From: an uncultured Bacillota bacterium
Lineage (GTDB): Bacteria; Bacillota_I; Bacilli_A; RFN20; CAG-826
Assembly: GCA_949287245.1 (NCBI GenBank)
Contig: CASEFL010000001.1
Span: 138,973-202,972, forward strand
DNA length: 64,000 bases
Direction of reading: 5' to 3'
Made by a program: the position numbers and the translations under genes. This document shows positions 1 through 10,102 of this stretch, piece by piece (positions within the stretch are counted from its first letter, which is position 1; each line of letters starts with the position of its first letter). The notes beneath the pieces were generated by a model. That model did not search any database. It had not been told where the DNA came from and saw nothing but the letters and a program-made list of their open reading frames with translations.

Positions 1-475
1 CAAGTAACATATCCGCTTCATCAAGAATGAAATAACGCACATTTTGTAAGGAAAATAAATGACGAGAAAGAAGAACATCTTTCATCCTTCCTGGCGTACC
101 AATGATTAAATGAGGAGGGATAGAACTTCCTTCTAAGTTTTGCGTAACTTCATCTTCAGAAGTATATAAACGAATACGAAATTTAGGAAAATAACGACCA
201 AGTTCGCGAGCAAATTCATAAGTCTGACGCGCAAGTTCTTTTGTAGGAGATAAAACCAAGGCTTGAACACGCGGCAAATGAACATCTACTTTTTCGAAAA
301 TAGGAATAAGAAAAGAATGGGTTTTTCCTGTCCCTGTTGCCGATTGAACAAGTAACGACTCTCCTCTTAAGGCACGAGGAATAATATTCTTTTGTACGGC
401 AGAAGGGTTTTCATAGCCACATTTTGCCAAAGCTTCAATAAGAGAAGAAGAAAGATTAAACGCTTTAAAACTCAT
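1..475 (-). CDS. DEAD-box ATP-dependent RNA helicase (N-terminal part; gene continues beyond window start)
   Basis: Reverse translation from the ATG at 473-475 gives MSFKAFNL...ATGTGKT...LDEADMLL (Q motif, motif I, DEAD box). It lies upstream of ispH, as cshB does in B. subtilis. Confidence 0.85.
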   Translation of the reverse strand, partial: MSFKAFNLSSSLIEALAKCGYENPSAVQKNIIPRALRGESLLVQSATGTGKTHSFLIPIFEKVDVHLPRVQALVLSPTKELARQTYEFARELGRYFPKFRIRLYTSEDEVTQNLEGSSIPPHLIIGTPGRMKDVLLSRHLFSLQNVRYFILDEADMLL

Positions 476-515
476 AACAGCATGATTATAGCGAAGAAAA
501 AGGTATACTTGGGAG

Positions 516-1364
516 ATGAAGGTAATTGTTTTAAATCCTCACGGCTTCTGTCAAGGAGTGTCACGCGCCATAAAACTTGCAGAAGAAATGCACAAAAAGA
601 CGCATCATCTTGGCATTTTAGGGCCTTTGGTTCATAACGAAAGCGTCATGAACGATTTAGAGAAAAAAGGAATTCATTTTTATGCGAAAGAAGAAGATTT
701 TTCTTCTCTTTCCTTTATTCCGAAAGAAGAAACAATTTTATTTTCCGCCCACGGACATGATCCTTCAATCGAAAAGGAATTGGAAAAAAGAGGGATTTCT
801 TATCTAGATGGAACTTGCCCTTTTGTGGCATTAAATGCCAAAAAGATAGACGATGCTCTAAAAAATAATCTACCGGTTATCTATTTAGGCGAAGAGGGAC
901 ACGCGGAATGTAAAGCCGCTTTGGCGCGTTCCCCCCGTGTTCTTCTTTATGGAAGAGACCCTCTTCCTAAAGAAAAAAATATTGTTGTTGTTAGCCAAAC
1001 AACCCTAGAAGAAGAAGTTATTCAACAAGCAATCCGAGACTTAAAAGCGAAAGACTATCGTTTTTCATTAAACGGTCTTGCTCCCTGTGCACCAACAATT
1101 GCAAGAAGAAACGCTATCCTTTCTATGCCAAAAGATATTGATACTTTTCTTGTTTTAGGAAGCGAAAAAAGTAAGAATTCTCGCGCCTTATTATCGTTAG
1201 GACTAAAAGGATATCCTCATCGAAAAGGGTATTTAATTTCTTCTTTATCGCAATTAAAAGCGATTGATTTTTCTTCTACTTCTCTTCTTGCTTTAACAAG
1301 TGGGGCTTCAACGCCAGAATCTTTTTTCCAAGAATGCTACAACTATCTTATTTCTTTAGGATAA
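516..1364 (+). CDS. ispH: 4-hydroxy-3-methylbut-2-enyl diphosphate reductase IspH/LytB
   Basis: 282-aa ORF with the LytB-type motifs 'NPHGFCQGV' and 'SAHGHDPS' and conserved Cys residues. It overlaps the nif3-family gene convergently. Confidence 0.9.
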   Translation: MKVIVLNPHGFCQGVSRAIKLAEEMHKKTHHLGILGPLVHNESVMNDLEKKGIHFYAKEEDFSSLSFIPKEETILFSAHGHDPSIEKELEKRGISYLDGTCPFVALNAKKIDDALKNNLPVIYLGEEGHAECKAALARSPRVLLYGRDPLPKEKNIVVVSQTTLEEEVIQQAIRDLKAKDYRFSLNGLAPCAPTIARRNAILSMPKDIDTFLVLGSEKSKNSRALLSLGLKGYPHRKGYLISSLSQLKAIDFSSTSLLALTSGASTPESFFQECYNYLISLG

Positions 1365-2118
1365 TTTCCCATTCTTTTTCATGATCAAAAGAAATAATTT
1401 CTAAAGAAGGGTCAATTTCTAAAAGCACTTCCTTCATGCGTTCCATAAAAGCGCGTTCAATTTCATGAGGTAAATCTAAATAATTATAATGCGCGTTAAT
1501 GATGTCTCTTCGCACATGATGAGGACAATCGCCAGAAACAAAAATATCATAGCCTTCCTCTTTTGCCATTTTCCAAGAGCGGGAACCAGCTCCCCCTAAA
1601 ATAGCAACGCGATAAACATAAGGAGAAGAGGCAATTAAAGAAGCACTTTCCGAACCAAGTTTATTTAAAGCGTAAGTGGCAAATTCATGAATTTCCATTT
1701 TTTGGGGTAAATGTCCGCCAAAAGCCATTGAATCTCCAACTAAGGGATGAATATCTTCTAACAATAATTTCTTGGCAAGCGCATCGTTCATGCCATATAT
1801 GGCGGCATCAAAATTGGTATGGTAAGAAAAAACCATGATGTTTTCTTTTTCGATTTCCCTTACAAGATTCGCCTTTTCTTCATCTTCCTTTAAAATTTTC
1901 TTTTTGGGTCCAAAGAAAAAAGGATGATGAGTAAATATAGCATCAGGATGAAAATCTTTAGCAAGAGCGAAAGATATAGGATCTAAATCAAGAAGCAAAA
2001 CAACTCTTTTTATCTCTTCCTTCCTCTTTCCTGCCATGAAACCACCATAATCCCAAGGTTCACGAAGGCGTTTTGGGTAAAACTTTGCTAATTTCCGTAA
2101 TAAGGATCGAGTTTTCAT
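1348..2118 (-). CDS. Nif3-family dinuclear metal-centre protein (YqfO-like)
   Basis: 256-aa ORF with His-rich Nif3 motifs (FTHHPFFFGP, GDCPHH). Its start overlaps the trmK stop by 4 nt, with the same trmK–sigA neighbours as B. subtilis yqfO. Confidence 0.8.
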   Translation of the reverse strand: MKTRSLLRKLAKFYPKRLREPWDYGGFMAGKRKEEIKRVVLLLDLDPISFALAKDFHPDAIFTHHPFFFGPKKKILKEDEEKANLVREIEKENIMVFSYHTNFDAAIYGMNDALAKKLLLEDIHPLVGDSMAFGGHLPQKMEIHEFATYALNKLGSESASLIASSPYVYRVAILGGAGSRSWKMAKEEGYDIFVSGDCPHHVRRDIINAHYNYLDLPHEIERAFMERMKEVLLEIDPSLEIISFDHEKEWEIILKK

Positions 2119-2789
2119 AAATTCTCCTGAAGAAAGTGAATATATTGATGAATTTCTTCCTTTTTTTGCAAAGGAAGGGTATGAAGTAAAAGAAGATTGT
2201 TTGCTTGAGAAATCAACTTTTGCACATACTTTTGATAAGCAAGACCTTTCTTAGTTCGCATAATCGGGCCAAAAAGAATATCTTCTTTGCTAACTCCCCA
2301 TTTCAAAGGATCTTTTTTTAATAACAAAGGGTGATAATAAATGTCTTTTTCCCACAAAGCATCTTCATCAACAGGAACAAAACCAAGAGAAGAAAGATAA
2401 GGATAAAGTTTTTCTTCTTCCCCATGAATATCGAGCAATAAATAAGAAATTTCTTTTGTTTTCTTTTCTTCTTTCTGAAGAATATCACGAATCGTTTCTC
2501 CGCCCATCCCGGCGAAAATGGCTACATCAACTTTTTCTTTTATAGGAGTAAGCCCATCGCCTAGATAAAGAGTAATTTGTGAAGCATAAGAAGAAGAGAA
2601 AATGGTTTGTTCACTACGCTTATATGGACCAATTTTATTCTCCACACAAAAACCACGTTTTGCTTTATCTTTTTCGAGCAAAAGAAGAGGCAAATAGGCA
2701 TGATCGCTCCCGATATCAGCAAAAACGGGAGCATCCTTTGGATACAAATTCGCAAGAGTTTCTAGTCGAAGAGAATGCTTCATTATCAA
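2115..2789 (-). CDS. trmK: tRNA (adenine22-N1)-methyltransferase TrmK
   Basis: 224-aa ORF with the 'DIGSDHAYLP' SAM-methyltransferase motif. It lies immediately downstream of sigA, as yqfN does in Bacillus. Confidence 0.8.
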   Translation of the reverse strand: MIMKHSLRLETLANLYPKDAPVFADIGSDHAYLPLLLLEKDKAKRGFCVENKIGPYKRSEQTIFSSSYASQITLYLGDGLTPIKEKVDVAIFAGMGGETIRDILQKEEKKTKEISYLLLDIHGEEEKLYPYLSSLGFVPVDEDALWEKDIYYHPLLLKKDPLKWGVSKEDILFGPIMRTKKGLAYQKYVQKLISQANNLLLLHTLPLQKKEEIHQYIHFLQENL

Positions 2790-2791
2790 AT

Positions 2792-4132
2792 TTAATCCGC
2801 TTTTTTCATTGGTTCAGGACCTGAACTAAAGATTGTGTCTTTATAATCTCCAAGTTGTTTCGCTCTTGTTGGATGACGAAGTTTTTTAATGGCTTTCGCT
2901 TCAATTTGCCGGATGCGTTCTCTTGTAACATTAAATTCTTTTCCGACTTCTTCTAAAGTACGAGGACGGTTGTCGTTTAATCCATAACGAAGAATAAGAA
3001 CTTTTTGTTCCCGGTCACTTAAATCTTGCATGACTTCATAAAGCCGTTCACGGAGGAGAGATTTTGTCGTGTAATCTTCAGGACTTTGGTCTTCTTTATC
3101 TTCGATAAAATCTCCACGATGGCTATCTCCTTCTTCTCCCATTGGGTCATCTAAGGACATTGGATCCATAGCGATCCGTTGAATTTCACGAATTTTTTCA
3201 GGAGTTAAGGTTCCTTCTAACTTTGCAGAAATTTCTTCCGCGGTAGGATCACGCCCTAACTCTTGAACAAGTTGCCGTTGGACACGGTTCATTTTATTAA
3301 TCGTTTCCACCATGTGAACAGGAATACGAATTGTCCTTTCTTGATCGGCAATTGCACGAGTAATGGCTTGACGAATCCACCACGTCGCATAAGTAGAAAA
3401 TTTAAAACCCTTTTGCCAATCAAATTTTTCTACTGCCTTCATTAAACCAAGATTTCCTTCTTGGATAAGGTCTAGTAGATGCATAGCCTTACAACGATTT
3501 TGATAATGTTTGGCAATAGAAATAACTAAACGTAAATTTGCTTGGATAAGCTGATCTTTGGCTTCTTTATCACCATCAGCTACGCGTTGTGCCAAAGCGG
3601 TTTCTTCTGCCGGTTTTAAAAGACTATATTTCCCAATCTCTTTTAAATACATCCGCACCGAGTCGTTAATTTTAACTTCTCCTGATTGATAGCGGCCAAA
3701 GTCTTCAATATTGGCATCATCGCCATCCTTTGCGGAGTCATTTTCTGCGGCAGCGTCAATTTCATCCTCTAAATCGGCAGTTTCATCCGCACGTAGTTGG
3801 TCTTCACTCATTCCGTCAGGACCAAGTTCAGCTTCGCTTTCTTCTTCAGCAAATTCCTCATCTTCACCACGAATAGCCACCCCTTCATCATGGAAGAAGT
3901 TAATTAAATTATCCAAAGACTCCTCATCAAAATCATATTGACGGAAGGCATCCATAACTTCGTCTTGAAGTAAATAACCTTGCTCTTTTCCCTTTTTTAA
4001 GAGATTTTCTTTAATCTTGCTTAAGGAAGGAGAATTCTCGTCAGTCGTAATTCCTTCTTCTGCCTTAGCGGCTTGAACGGCCGCGATAAGCGTTTTTTGT
4101 TCTTTGGTTTGTGCATTTTTCTTCTTTGTCAT
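2792..4132 (-). CDS. sigA: RNA polymerase primary sigma factor (sigma-70/SigA)
   Basis: 446-aa ORF with an acidic N-terminus and conserved regions 2-4 ('[17 protein letters not shown]', '[22 protein letters not shown]'). It lies downstream of dnaG. Confidence 0.95.
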   Translation of the reverse strand: MTKKKNAQTKEQKTLIAAVQAAKAEEGITTDENSPSLSKIKENLLKKGKEQGYLLQDEVMDAFRQYDFDEESLDNLINFFHDEGVAIRGEDEEFAEEESEAELGPDGMSEDQLRADETADLEDEIDAAAENDSAKDGDDANIEDFGRYQSGEVKINDSVRMYLKEIGKYSLLKPAEETALAQRVADGDKEAKDQLIQANLRLVISIAKHYQNRCKAMHLLDLIQEGNLGLMKAVEKFDWQKGFKFSTYATWWIRQAITRAIADQERTIRIPVHMVETINKMNRVQRQLVQELGRDPTAEEISAKLEGTLTPEKIREIQRIAMDPMSLDDPMGEEGDSHRGDFIEDKEDQSPEDYTTKSLLRERLYEVMQDLSDREQKVLILRYGLNDNRPRTLEEVGKEFNVTRERIRQIEAKAIKKLRHPTRAKQLGDYKDTIFSSGPEPMKKAD

Positions 4133-4144
4133 AGAAATCTCCTT

Positions 4145-6004
4145 TTAATCTTCTACTGATGCTTTCTTTGCTTTTTCCCATTCTTCGCGCTTTTCCGAGG
4201 CATATTTTTGTAATTCGGATGCGCCTTGCATAGCGGAAGAAGAACGAACAATTTTTCTTACCCTTTCCTCTTCGCTTAATCGCCTGCGAGCCTTTTCGTG
4301 TTTATCTTGCAATAAAGTAATTTCTTTTTCGCTATAGGGCGGATAAGAATAATCTTCATCCAGTTCATAAAGAAGCGAAATCATCTTATTTTGTGCCTCT
4401 AAAGAATGGCCTTTTGCACTCTCTCCAACTTCAATATCATTTGTAAGAAGAGCGACATCAACAGGGTTTTTGCTTTTCATTGCATAATCAAGAATGTAAT
4501 TTGCTAAATCTTGATAAATAGGCACAACAAGAGAACGAAGAGAACGCTGGGCCCAATCAAGAGCTTCCCGATTTTTCACCATATAAGTAAGTATTTCTCG
4601 TTCAATATTGGCTAATTTTTTCTCACGTGGAGGAAGCATGCTAATTTCTTGTCTTGTCTTCTTTTTTGATAAAGAAGAACTTATCTTAATTTCTTCCTTC
4701 TTTACCGGTGTTTTTGTATCTAAAAGTGTTTGCCGAATAGCAGAGGCCTCAAATCCAGTAGCCTGCGCTAAACGAACAATCGCATCTTCCCGAGCAATTC
4801 CCTCAGGAAGCGCTTTTAAACGAGGAAGGAAATAACGTACGGCTTTTTCTTTCTTCTCTTCTGTATTAAGTCCACCAAATTCTCGGAAAAAAGAAAGTTG
4901 GAAATCCATAGCATTTACCAGATGGTTGGCCCATTTTCTTAATCCTTCAGCACCTTCATCTTTAAAAATATCATCGGGATCCCGTAAGTCATTAGGATTA
5001 TGGACAAAACGCACATTAATTCCCGCTTTTTGTAAAGAAGAGATTGCATTCATCATTCCTTTTTGTCCGGCTTCGTCTCCATCTAAGCAAAAACGGATTT
5101 CCGCCCCTAAATGACGGATAGCTTTTATATGAGCATCACTTAAATTAGTTCCCATTAAAGCAACCGCAGAGGAAATTCCTGCTTTATGAAAGGCAATTAC
5201 ATCCATAGGGCCTTCAAGCAAGTAAAGATAACCTTCGCGCCTTGCAAACTCCTTTGCGCGGAAAAAGTTATATAAAATCTCGCTTTTATGGAAAATTTTT
5301 GTTTCAGGAGAATTAATGTATTTTCCTCCCTCCTCGTTACGGAATCTTCTGGCATTAAAACCGACAAGTCGCCCTTCTTTATCGTGAATGAAAAAGATAA
5401 TTCTTCCCGCATTTAAATCGCGAAGAGAGCCTAAATTACCCGTAATTCCTATTCCGTTAATCGCGTGAATCGAATGGCCAAGTGCTTCTAAATATTGAAT
5501 CGTTTTTTCTCCATCTAAGGGAGCATAACCAATAAGAAATTGTTCACGAACGTCTCTTGTTAAACCGCGCGAATCTAAATAAGCAACAGCATCAAATGCT
5601 TCCTGTGTATTTAAAGAGTGAAGATAGTAATTTCCTAAGTCTTCAATTGTCGATCTTAAGGCTAAAGTTTCTTCATCCTCTTTTGGAGTTTCATTAAGAA
5701 GGTGAGAAAGACGTGGATCATCATATCCACAAAGTTCTGCAACTTTCCTTGCCGCTTCTTCAGGGGAAATATGCTCATACTTTTGAACAAAAGAAATTGC
5801 GTTTCCTCCGGTGCCACAACTAAAGCACTTAAAAATTCTCTTTTGAGGATTCACTTGCATAGAGGGATGCTTATCTGGGTGAAAAGGGCATAGGGCAACA
5901 TAAGAATTGCCTTTTTTAATAAGATTAAGACCATATGAGGAAATCACATGCACAATATCGGCATGCGCAAGAATATCTTGATATAATTCTTGACTAATTC
6001 CCAT
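4145..6004 (-). CDS. dnaG: DNA primase DnaG
   Basis: 619-aa ORF with an N-terminal zinc ribbon (CPFHPDKHPSMQV...CFSCG) and a Toprim domain (EGPMDV, LDGDEAG). Confidence 0.95.
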   Translation of the reverse strand: MGISQELYQDILAHADIVHVISSYGLNLIKKGNSYVALCPFHPDKHPSMQVNPQKRIFKCFSCGTGGNAISFVQKYEHISPEEAARKVAELCGYDDPRLSHLLNETPKEDEETLALRSTIEDLGNYYLHSLNTQEAFDAVAYLDSRGLTRDVREQFLIGYAPLDGEKTIQYLEALGHSIHAINGIGITGNLGSLRDLNAGRIIFFIHDKEGRLVGFNARRFRNEEGGKYINSPETKIFHKSEILYNFFRAKEFARREGYLYLLEGPMDVIAFHKAGISSAVALMGTNLSDAHIKAIRHLGAEIRFCLDGDEAGQKGMMNAISSLQKAGINVRFVHNPNDLRDPDDIFKDEGAEGLRKWANHLVNAMDFQLSFFREFGGLNTEEKKEKAVRYFLPRLKALPEGIAREDAIVRLAQATGFEASAIRQTLLDTKTPVKKEEIKISSSLSKKKTRQEISMLPPREKKLANIEREILTYMVKNREALDWAQRSLRSLVVPIYQDLANYILDYAMKSKNPVDVALLTNDIEVGESAKGHSLEAQNKMISLLYELDEDYSYPPYSEKEITLLQDKHEKARRRLSEEERVRKIVRSSSAMQGASELQKYASEKREEWEKAKKASVED

Positions 6005-6080
6005 AAAATGTGATTTCCTTCGATGATATCTAATTTAAATCTACTAATAGTTAACTAAATTAATACTATTTATATACTAA

Positions 6081-7460
6081 TTAATAGAAGCACTTTACTT
6101 TTAAATAAGTGACTAATTCTGTGATAGGAAGACGCGCTTGTTTCATGCTATCGCGGTCACGGATGGTGACGGTTTGGTCTTCTAATGTTTGGAAGTCAAT
6201 GGTAACGCAATAAGGAGTTCCAATTTCATCTTGACGACGATATCTCTTCCCAATTGAACCGGTAACATCCATAGTTAAAGACAAATGTGGAGCAAGAATT
6301 CGGTATACCTCTTCTGCTTTCTCACTGAGTTTTTTTGACAAAGGAAGAATAGCAACTTTATAAGGTGCAAGGAAAGGAGCGATATGCATAATAATTCGCT
6401 TATCCCCTCCTTCAAGTTCCTCTTCATCATAGGAGTCCATCATAATCATAAGCATCAAGCGGTCTAAGCCCATGGAAGGCTCAATAACATAAGGTAAATA
6501 ACGCTCGTTGGTATCAGGATCAAAATACGTTAAGTCCTCGCCAGAATATTCCTCGTGACGTTTTAAATCGTAATCCGTACGATCAGCAACTCCTAAAATT
6601 TCTCCCCAACCCATTGTAGGAAAATGATATTCCACATCGGTTGTCGCCCGAGAATAGAAAGCAAGTTCTTGAGGTTCATGATCGCGGAAACGAAGATTTT
6701 CCTCTTTGCAACCAAGCGATTCAATAAACTTTAAACAATAATCTTTCCAGTACGAGAACCACTCTAAATCCGTTCCTGGTTTGCAGAAAAATTCCATCTC
6801 TAACTGCTCAAATTCTCGTGTTCTAAAAGTAAAATTCCCCGGCGTAATTTCATTGCGGAAACTTTTCCCGGCATTACAAATTCCAAAAGGTAGTTTTCTT
6901 CTTGTACTACGCTGAACGTTTTTAAAGTTTACGAACACCCCTTGCGCGGTTTCTGGACGCAAATAACAGACACTGCTTGCATCTTCCGTCACACCAATAT
7001 GAGTTTTAAACATCATATTAAATTTTCGAATAGGCGTGAAATCGTGACTATGACAATTTGGGCATTCTACCTGATGTTCTTTAATAAAAGCATCCATGTC
7101 TTCAAAAGACATTCCTTCAACATCAGCATCTGGAAATTGCCCTTTAATCAATTCATCCGCACGATGGCGAGCTTTGCAGTGCCGGCAATCAACCATGGGA
7201 TCATTAAAAGTAGATACATGGCCAGTTGCTTCCCACACTTTTGGGTTCATTAAAATAGAAGCATCGATTCCCACGTTATGTTCGGACATTTGAACAAAGC
7301 GTTTCCACCAAGCATCGCGGATATTTCTTTTTAATTCAGCACCTAAAGGCCCGTAATCCCAAGAGTTGGAAAGCCCCCCATAAATTGCTGATCCTGGGTA
7401 AACAAACCCGCTAGTTATTAAGTGAGTTTGAATTGTATTGAAGTCGAACTTATGACTCAC
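6081..7460 (-). CDS. glyQS: Glycyl-tRNA synthetase (alpha2 dimeric type, GlyQS)
   Basis: 459-aa ORF with class II aaRS motifs ('FPGSAIYGGLSNSWDYGPLG', 'FRNEITPGNFTFRTREFEQLEMEFF'). It starts at GTG 7458-7460, preceded by AAAGGAGG. Confidence 0.95.
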   Translation of the reverse strand: MSHKFDFNTIQTHLITSGFVYPGSAIYGGLSNSWDYGPLGAELKRNIRDAWWKRFVQMSEHNVGIDASILMNPKVWEATGHVSTFNDPMVDCRHCKARHRADELIKGQFPDADVEGMSFEDMDAFIKEHQVECPNCHSHDFTPIRKFNMMFKTHIGVTEDASSVCYLRPETAQGVFVNFKNVQRSTRRKLPFGICNAGKSFRNEITPGNFTFRTREFEQLEMEFFCKPGTDLEWFSYWKDYCLKFIESLGCKEENLRFRDHEPQELAFYSRATTDVEYHFPTMGWGEILGVADRTDYDLKRHEEYSGEDLTYFDPDTNERYLPYVIEPSMGLDRLMLMIMMDSYDEEELEGGDKRIIMHIAPFLAPYKVAILPLSKKLSEKAEEVYRILAPHLSLTMDVTGSIGKRYRRQDEIGTPYCVTIDFQTLEDQTVTIRDRDSMKQARLPITELVTYLKVKCFY

Positions 7461-7510
7461 GTTCGTCCTCCTTTATCTCTAATTCGCGGATAAAACCGCA
7501 TACGCGCGAA

Positions 7511-7540
7511 ACTATACTAATTTAATACAGATAATGTCAA
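7511..7540 (-). promoter_or_regulatory. Putative sigmaA promoter of glyQS (-35 TTGACA, 18-nt spacer, -10 TATAGT)
   Basis: The minus-sense sequence reads TTGACA(7540-7535)-18 nt-TATAGT(7516-7511), about 55 nt upstream of the GTG start. A short leader carrying GC-rich hairpins follows. Confidence 0.45.
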
Positions 7541-7622
7541 CCCATTATAATGGACTATTTTAAAGATTGTCAGTAATAGAGATGAAAACAACTATAAAAG
7601 AATGTTTTAAATAAAAAAGGTT

Positions 7623-8360
7623 TTATTTTTTCTCTTTTAAGGAAGAATAAAGATAACTAAATATCTTAATCTTTTTTCCAAGAGTATCTTCAAAATAAAG
7701 GACTAAATCTTTGAAAAACGCAAGAGAATCAGCAAAGGGTAATGATTGACCTTTCCATGAAGCGAGAGGAACTTTAAAGGCAAAATACGCAACTTCCAAG
7801 TACTTTTGTCCTTGTCTTGGAGAGGTACTATTTTCCTTTTCGCAAAGAAAACCTCCATCTTTATAGGATAAAGAAACAATGTTGTGTTTTTCTTTACAAA
7901 AAAGACAATGATCAACAACAAGGCCATAGCCAAGTAAGGATAAAATTTTCGCAAAAAACACAGGAAGAATAGAAGTTGGTGAATTTTTTTCTTTCAATAA
8001 ATTTACCGTTTCTTTCACTAGTGGATAAAGGACATCTCCTTCTATACCTGGCGAAATAATCCATAAAACTTCAGCTAAGAAGCGATAAGAAAGCAAATAC
8101 ATTAATTCTCCTTGGGGAAAGAAAAGCAAGTTTCCTTCTTGAAAACGGTACCCGCCTGCTCTTCCTTCTTTAAGAACAATTTCGCTTGCGGCCATTTCCT
8201 CAAAATTTGCTTGATTGTGACCGCCTTTTTTTCTTATCCCAGAAGCTTTAAATGAAAGATACCCTTCTTGGGTAAGAAATGTCGCAATATAGGAAGTTTC
8301 CTTATAAGGAACAGCCTTAAGACAAAAACCTTTTGTTTTAACGATCTCTCCTCTTGCCAT
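7623..8360 (-). CDS. recO: DNA repair protein RecO
   Basis: 245-aa ORF with an OB-fold N-terminus and a C-terminal Cys zinc-binding cluster (CLFC...C). It lies immediately downstream of era. Confidence 0.85.
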   Translation of the reverse strand: MARGEIVKTKGFCLKAVPYKETSYIATFLTQEGYLSFKASGIRKKGGHNQANFEEMAASEIVLKEGRAGGYRFQEGNLLFFPQGELMYLLSYRFLAEVLWIISPGIEGDVLYPLVKETVNLLKEKNSPTSILPVFFAKILSLLGYGLVVDHCLFCKEKHNIVSLSYKDGGFLCEKENSTSPRQGQKYLEVAYFAFKVPLASWKGQSLPFADSLAFFKDLVLYFEDTLGKKIKIFSYLYSSLKEKK

Positions 8361-9219
8361 ACCCTAATTTACCTAGCATTCGCACATCATCCCGCCAATG
8401 AGGAGAAGCAACAACAAAGCAATGCAATCGCACATGTTTAGAAAAACGTGAACGCAAATCCTTTTCTGCATTAGAGCGAATTTTTTCGATCATTTGGCCG
8501 TTTTTCCCGATAACAATTCCTTTTTGAGAGTCTCTTTCAACATAAATATGAACTTTTGCTTCAATTTCTTTCTCATTTTCCTTACAAGAATCGACATGAA
8601 CAGCGGCTTGATGAGGGACCTCGTTATGAAGAAGCAAAAGCATTTTTTCGCGAATACTTTCTTGAATGAAATAGGAAGTATCTTTATCGGTTGTTGTTCC
8701 TTCTTCATAAAAGGGCAAAGATTCTGGTAGCTGTTTTTCCACCCAAAGGCGCGCATCTTTTAAGCCGAAATTGTTCTTAGCGCTCATCTCAAGATAAGGA
8801 ATTCCAAATAAAGAGGGGATTTTTTCTTTAATTTTTTCCATTTCTGGAGCCGTCATTAAATCAATCTTATTAAGCAATAACAAAATAGGAGCATCACTTT
8901 TTATACGGCGAAAAGCTTTTGCCGCTTCCTCTAAATTTTCATGGACATCTACAAGAAAAAGAATTGCATCTACTCCAGATAAAGCACGCCGTGCTTTCCG
9001 CATCATCTCTTTTTCTAATGAGTTACTTCCTTCCATTAAACCAGGAGTATCAATAAAAGCAATTTGTGCACCACTATCTTCATAAATTCCTAAAATATCT
9101 TCTCTAGTCGTTTGCGCTTTTGGGGTAACAATAGCCACTTTTTTGGATAAAAGAGCATTAAGAAATGTACTTTTTCCTGCATTAGGAAGGCCTAAGATTG
9201 CAACCGTTCCCGCTTTCAT
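8338..9219 (-). CDS. era: GTPase Era
   Basis: 293-aa ORF with G1 'GLPNAGKST' and G3 'DTPG' motifs, an NKID motif and a C-terminal KH domain. It overlaps cdd and recO, indicating an operon. Confidence 0.95.
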   Translation of the reverse strand: MKAGTVAILGLPNAGKSTFLNALLSKKVAIVTPKAQTTREDILGIYEDSGAQIAFIDTPGLMEGSNSLEKEMMRKARRALSGVDAILFLVDVHENLEEAAKAFRRIKSDAPILLLLNKIDLMTAPEMEKIKEKIPSLFGIPYLEMSAKNNFGLKDARLWVEKQLPESLPFYEEGTTTDKDTSYFIQESIREKMLLLLHNEVPHQAAVHVDSCKENEKEIEAKVHIYVERDSQKGIVIGKNGQMIEKIRSNAEKDLRSRFSKHVRLHCFVVASPHWRDDVRMLGKLGYGKRRDR

Positions 9220-9617
9220 TGCATATCCTCTTCTTCAAAAGCATAAGGGAGAAGTTCTTCTATTGTTGTTTGCTGAATATCTCCGCATAAATTTGCTAAA
9301 TATATAGGAGCGCGCAAAGGGAAAAGTTCCGATAATACCTGACGACAAGCCCCACAAGGAGAAACTGGGCGTTTACAGTCAGCAACAATTGCTAAAGCAA
9401 GAAAATCTTCCTTCTTTTTTCCTTCCATTAAGGCATGATATATCGCATTTCTTTCCGCACACATGCATAAAGGATAACTTGCATTTTCCACATTTGCTCC
9501 ATAATAAATAGAACCATCGCTGCATAAAAGAGCAGCCCCGACAGCAAAATGACTATAAGGAGAATAAGACAGTTTTCTTGCGCTTATTGCTTCTTCAATT
9601 AATTGTTTCGTTTCCAT
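9216..9617 (-). CDS. cdd: Cytidine deaminase
   Basis: 133-aa ORF with the zinc-binding motifs 'CAERNAI' and 'PCGACRQ'. Confidence 0.9.
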   Translation of the reverse strand: METKQLIEEAISARKLSYSPYSHFAVGAALLCSDGSIYYGANVENASYPLCMCAERNAIYHALMEGKKKEDFLALAIVADCKRPVSPCGACRQVLSELFPLRAPIYLANLCGDIQQTTIEELLPYAFEEEDMQ

Positions 9618-10077
9618 AATCTCCCCCTAAAATTTCCAAAATTTGATTTTGTAAAGAAAACATTTCTTTTGCCTCTTCATCATTCATGTGATCATAACCT
9701 AACAAATGAAGAAGTCCGTGTGCAAAAAGAAAACAAAGTTCCCTGCCTAAGGAATTACCAATTTCTTCTGCTTGCTTAATTGCCCGAGGAATGCATATAT
9801 AAATCTCACCTAAAATTTGCAAAGCATCTTCCTGGTAACTAAAAGAAACAGGATTTTCCCCATCGTTATAGGCAAAGGAAATCACATCCGTCACTGAATC
9901 CTTATTTCGATAATCACGGTTTAATTGTTGAATCGTATCTTCATCAACAAAGGAAACATCTATCTCATAAGAAGACGGGACGTGTAGTAAAGAAAAAGTA
10001 TATGCAGCTATTTTTTCATAATAAGGAAGGAAGCTTTCATATTTTGGAAAGAATTCAGCATTCAGTTCTATGTTCAT
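9595..10077 (-). CDS. ybeY: rRNA maturation endoribonuclease YbeY
   Basis: 160-aa ORF with the conserved metal-binding 'HGLLHLLGYDH' motif. Confidence 0.9.
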   Translation of the reverse strand: MNIELNAEFFPKYESFLPYYEKIAAYTFSLLHVPSSYEIDVSFVDEDTIQQLNRDYRNKDSVTDVISFAYNDGENPVSFSYQEDALQILGEIYICIPRAIKQAEEIGNSLGRELCFLFAHGLLHLLGYDHMNDEEAKEMFSLQNQILEILGGDYGNETIN

Positions 10078-10102
10078 TATCTATATTTTATTCTTTTTCT
10101 GA

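Noticed and set aside
2561-2824. Short ORFs antisense to or overlapping larger genes, such as 2561..2755, 2579..2824, 3263..3445, 4608..4835, 8490..8756, 22043..22306, 24116..24436, 48114..48482 and 61729..61986
   Set aside because: All lie entirely within well-supported conserved genes on the opposite strand or in another frame. They have low-complexity or biased composition and no motifs, and are judged spurious.
7461-7622. Possible glycine T-box riboswitch upstream of glyQS
   Set aside because: The intergenic region is only 162 nt. The sequence from a good TTGACA-18-TATAGT promoter to the GTG start is about 55 nt and lacks the T-box consensus and specifier architecture. Only short GC hairpins (UUCGCG…CGCGAA / GCGG-UUUUAU-CCGC) are present.
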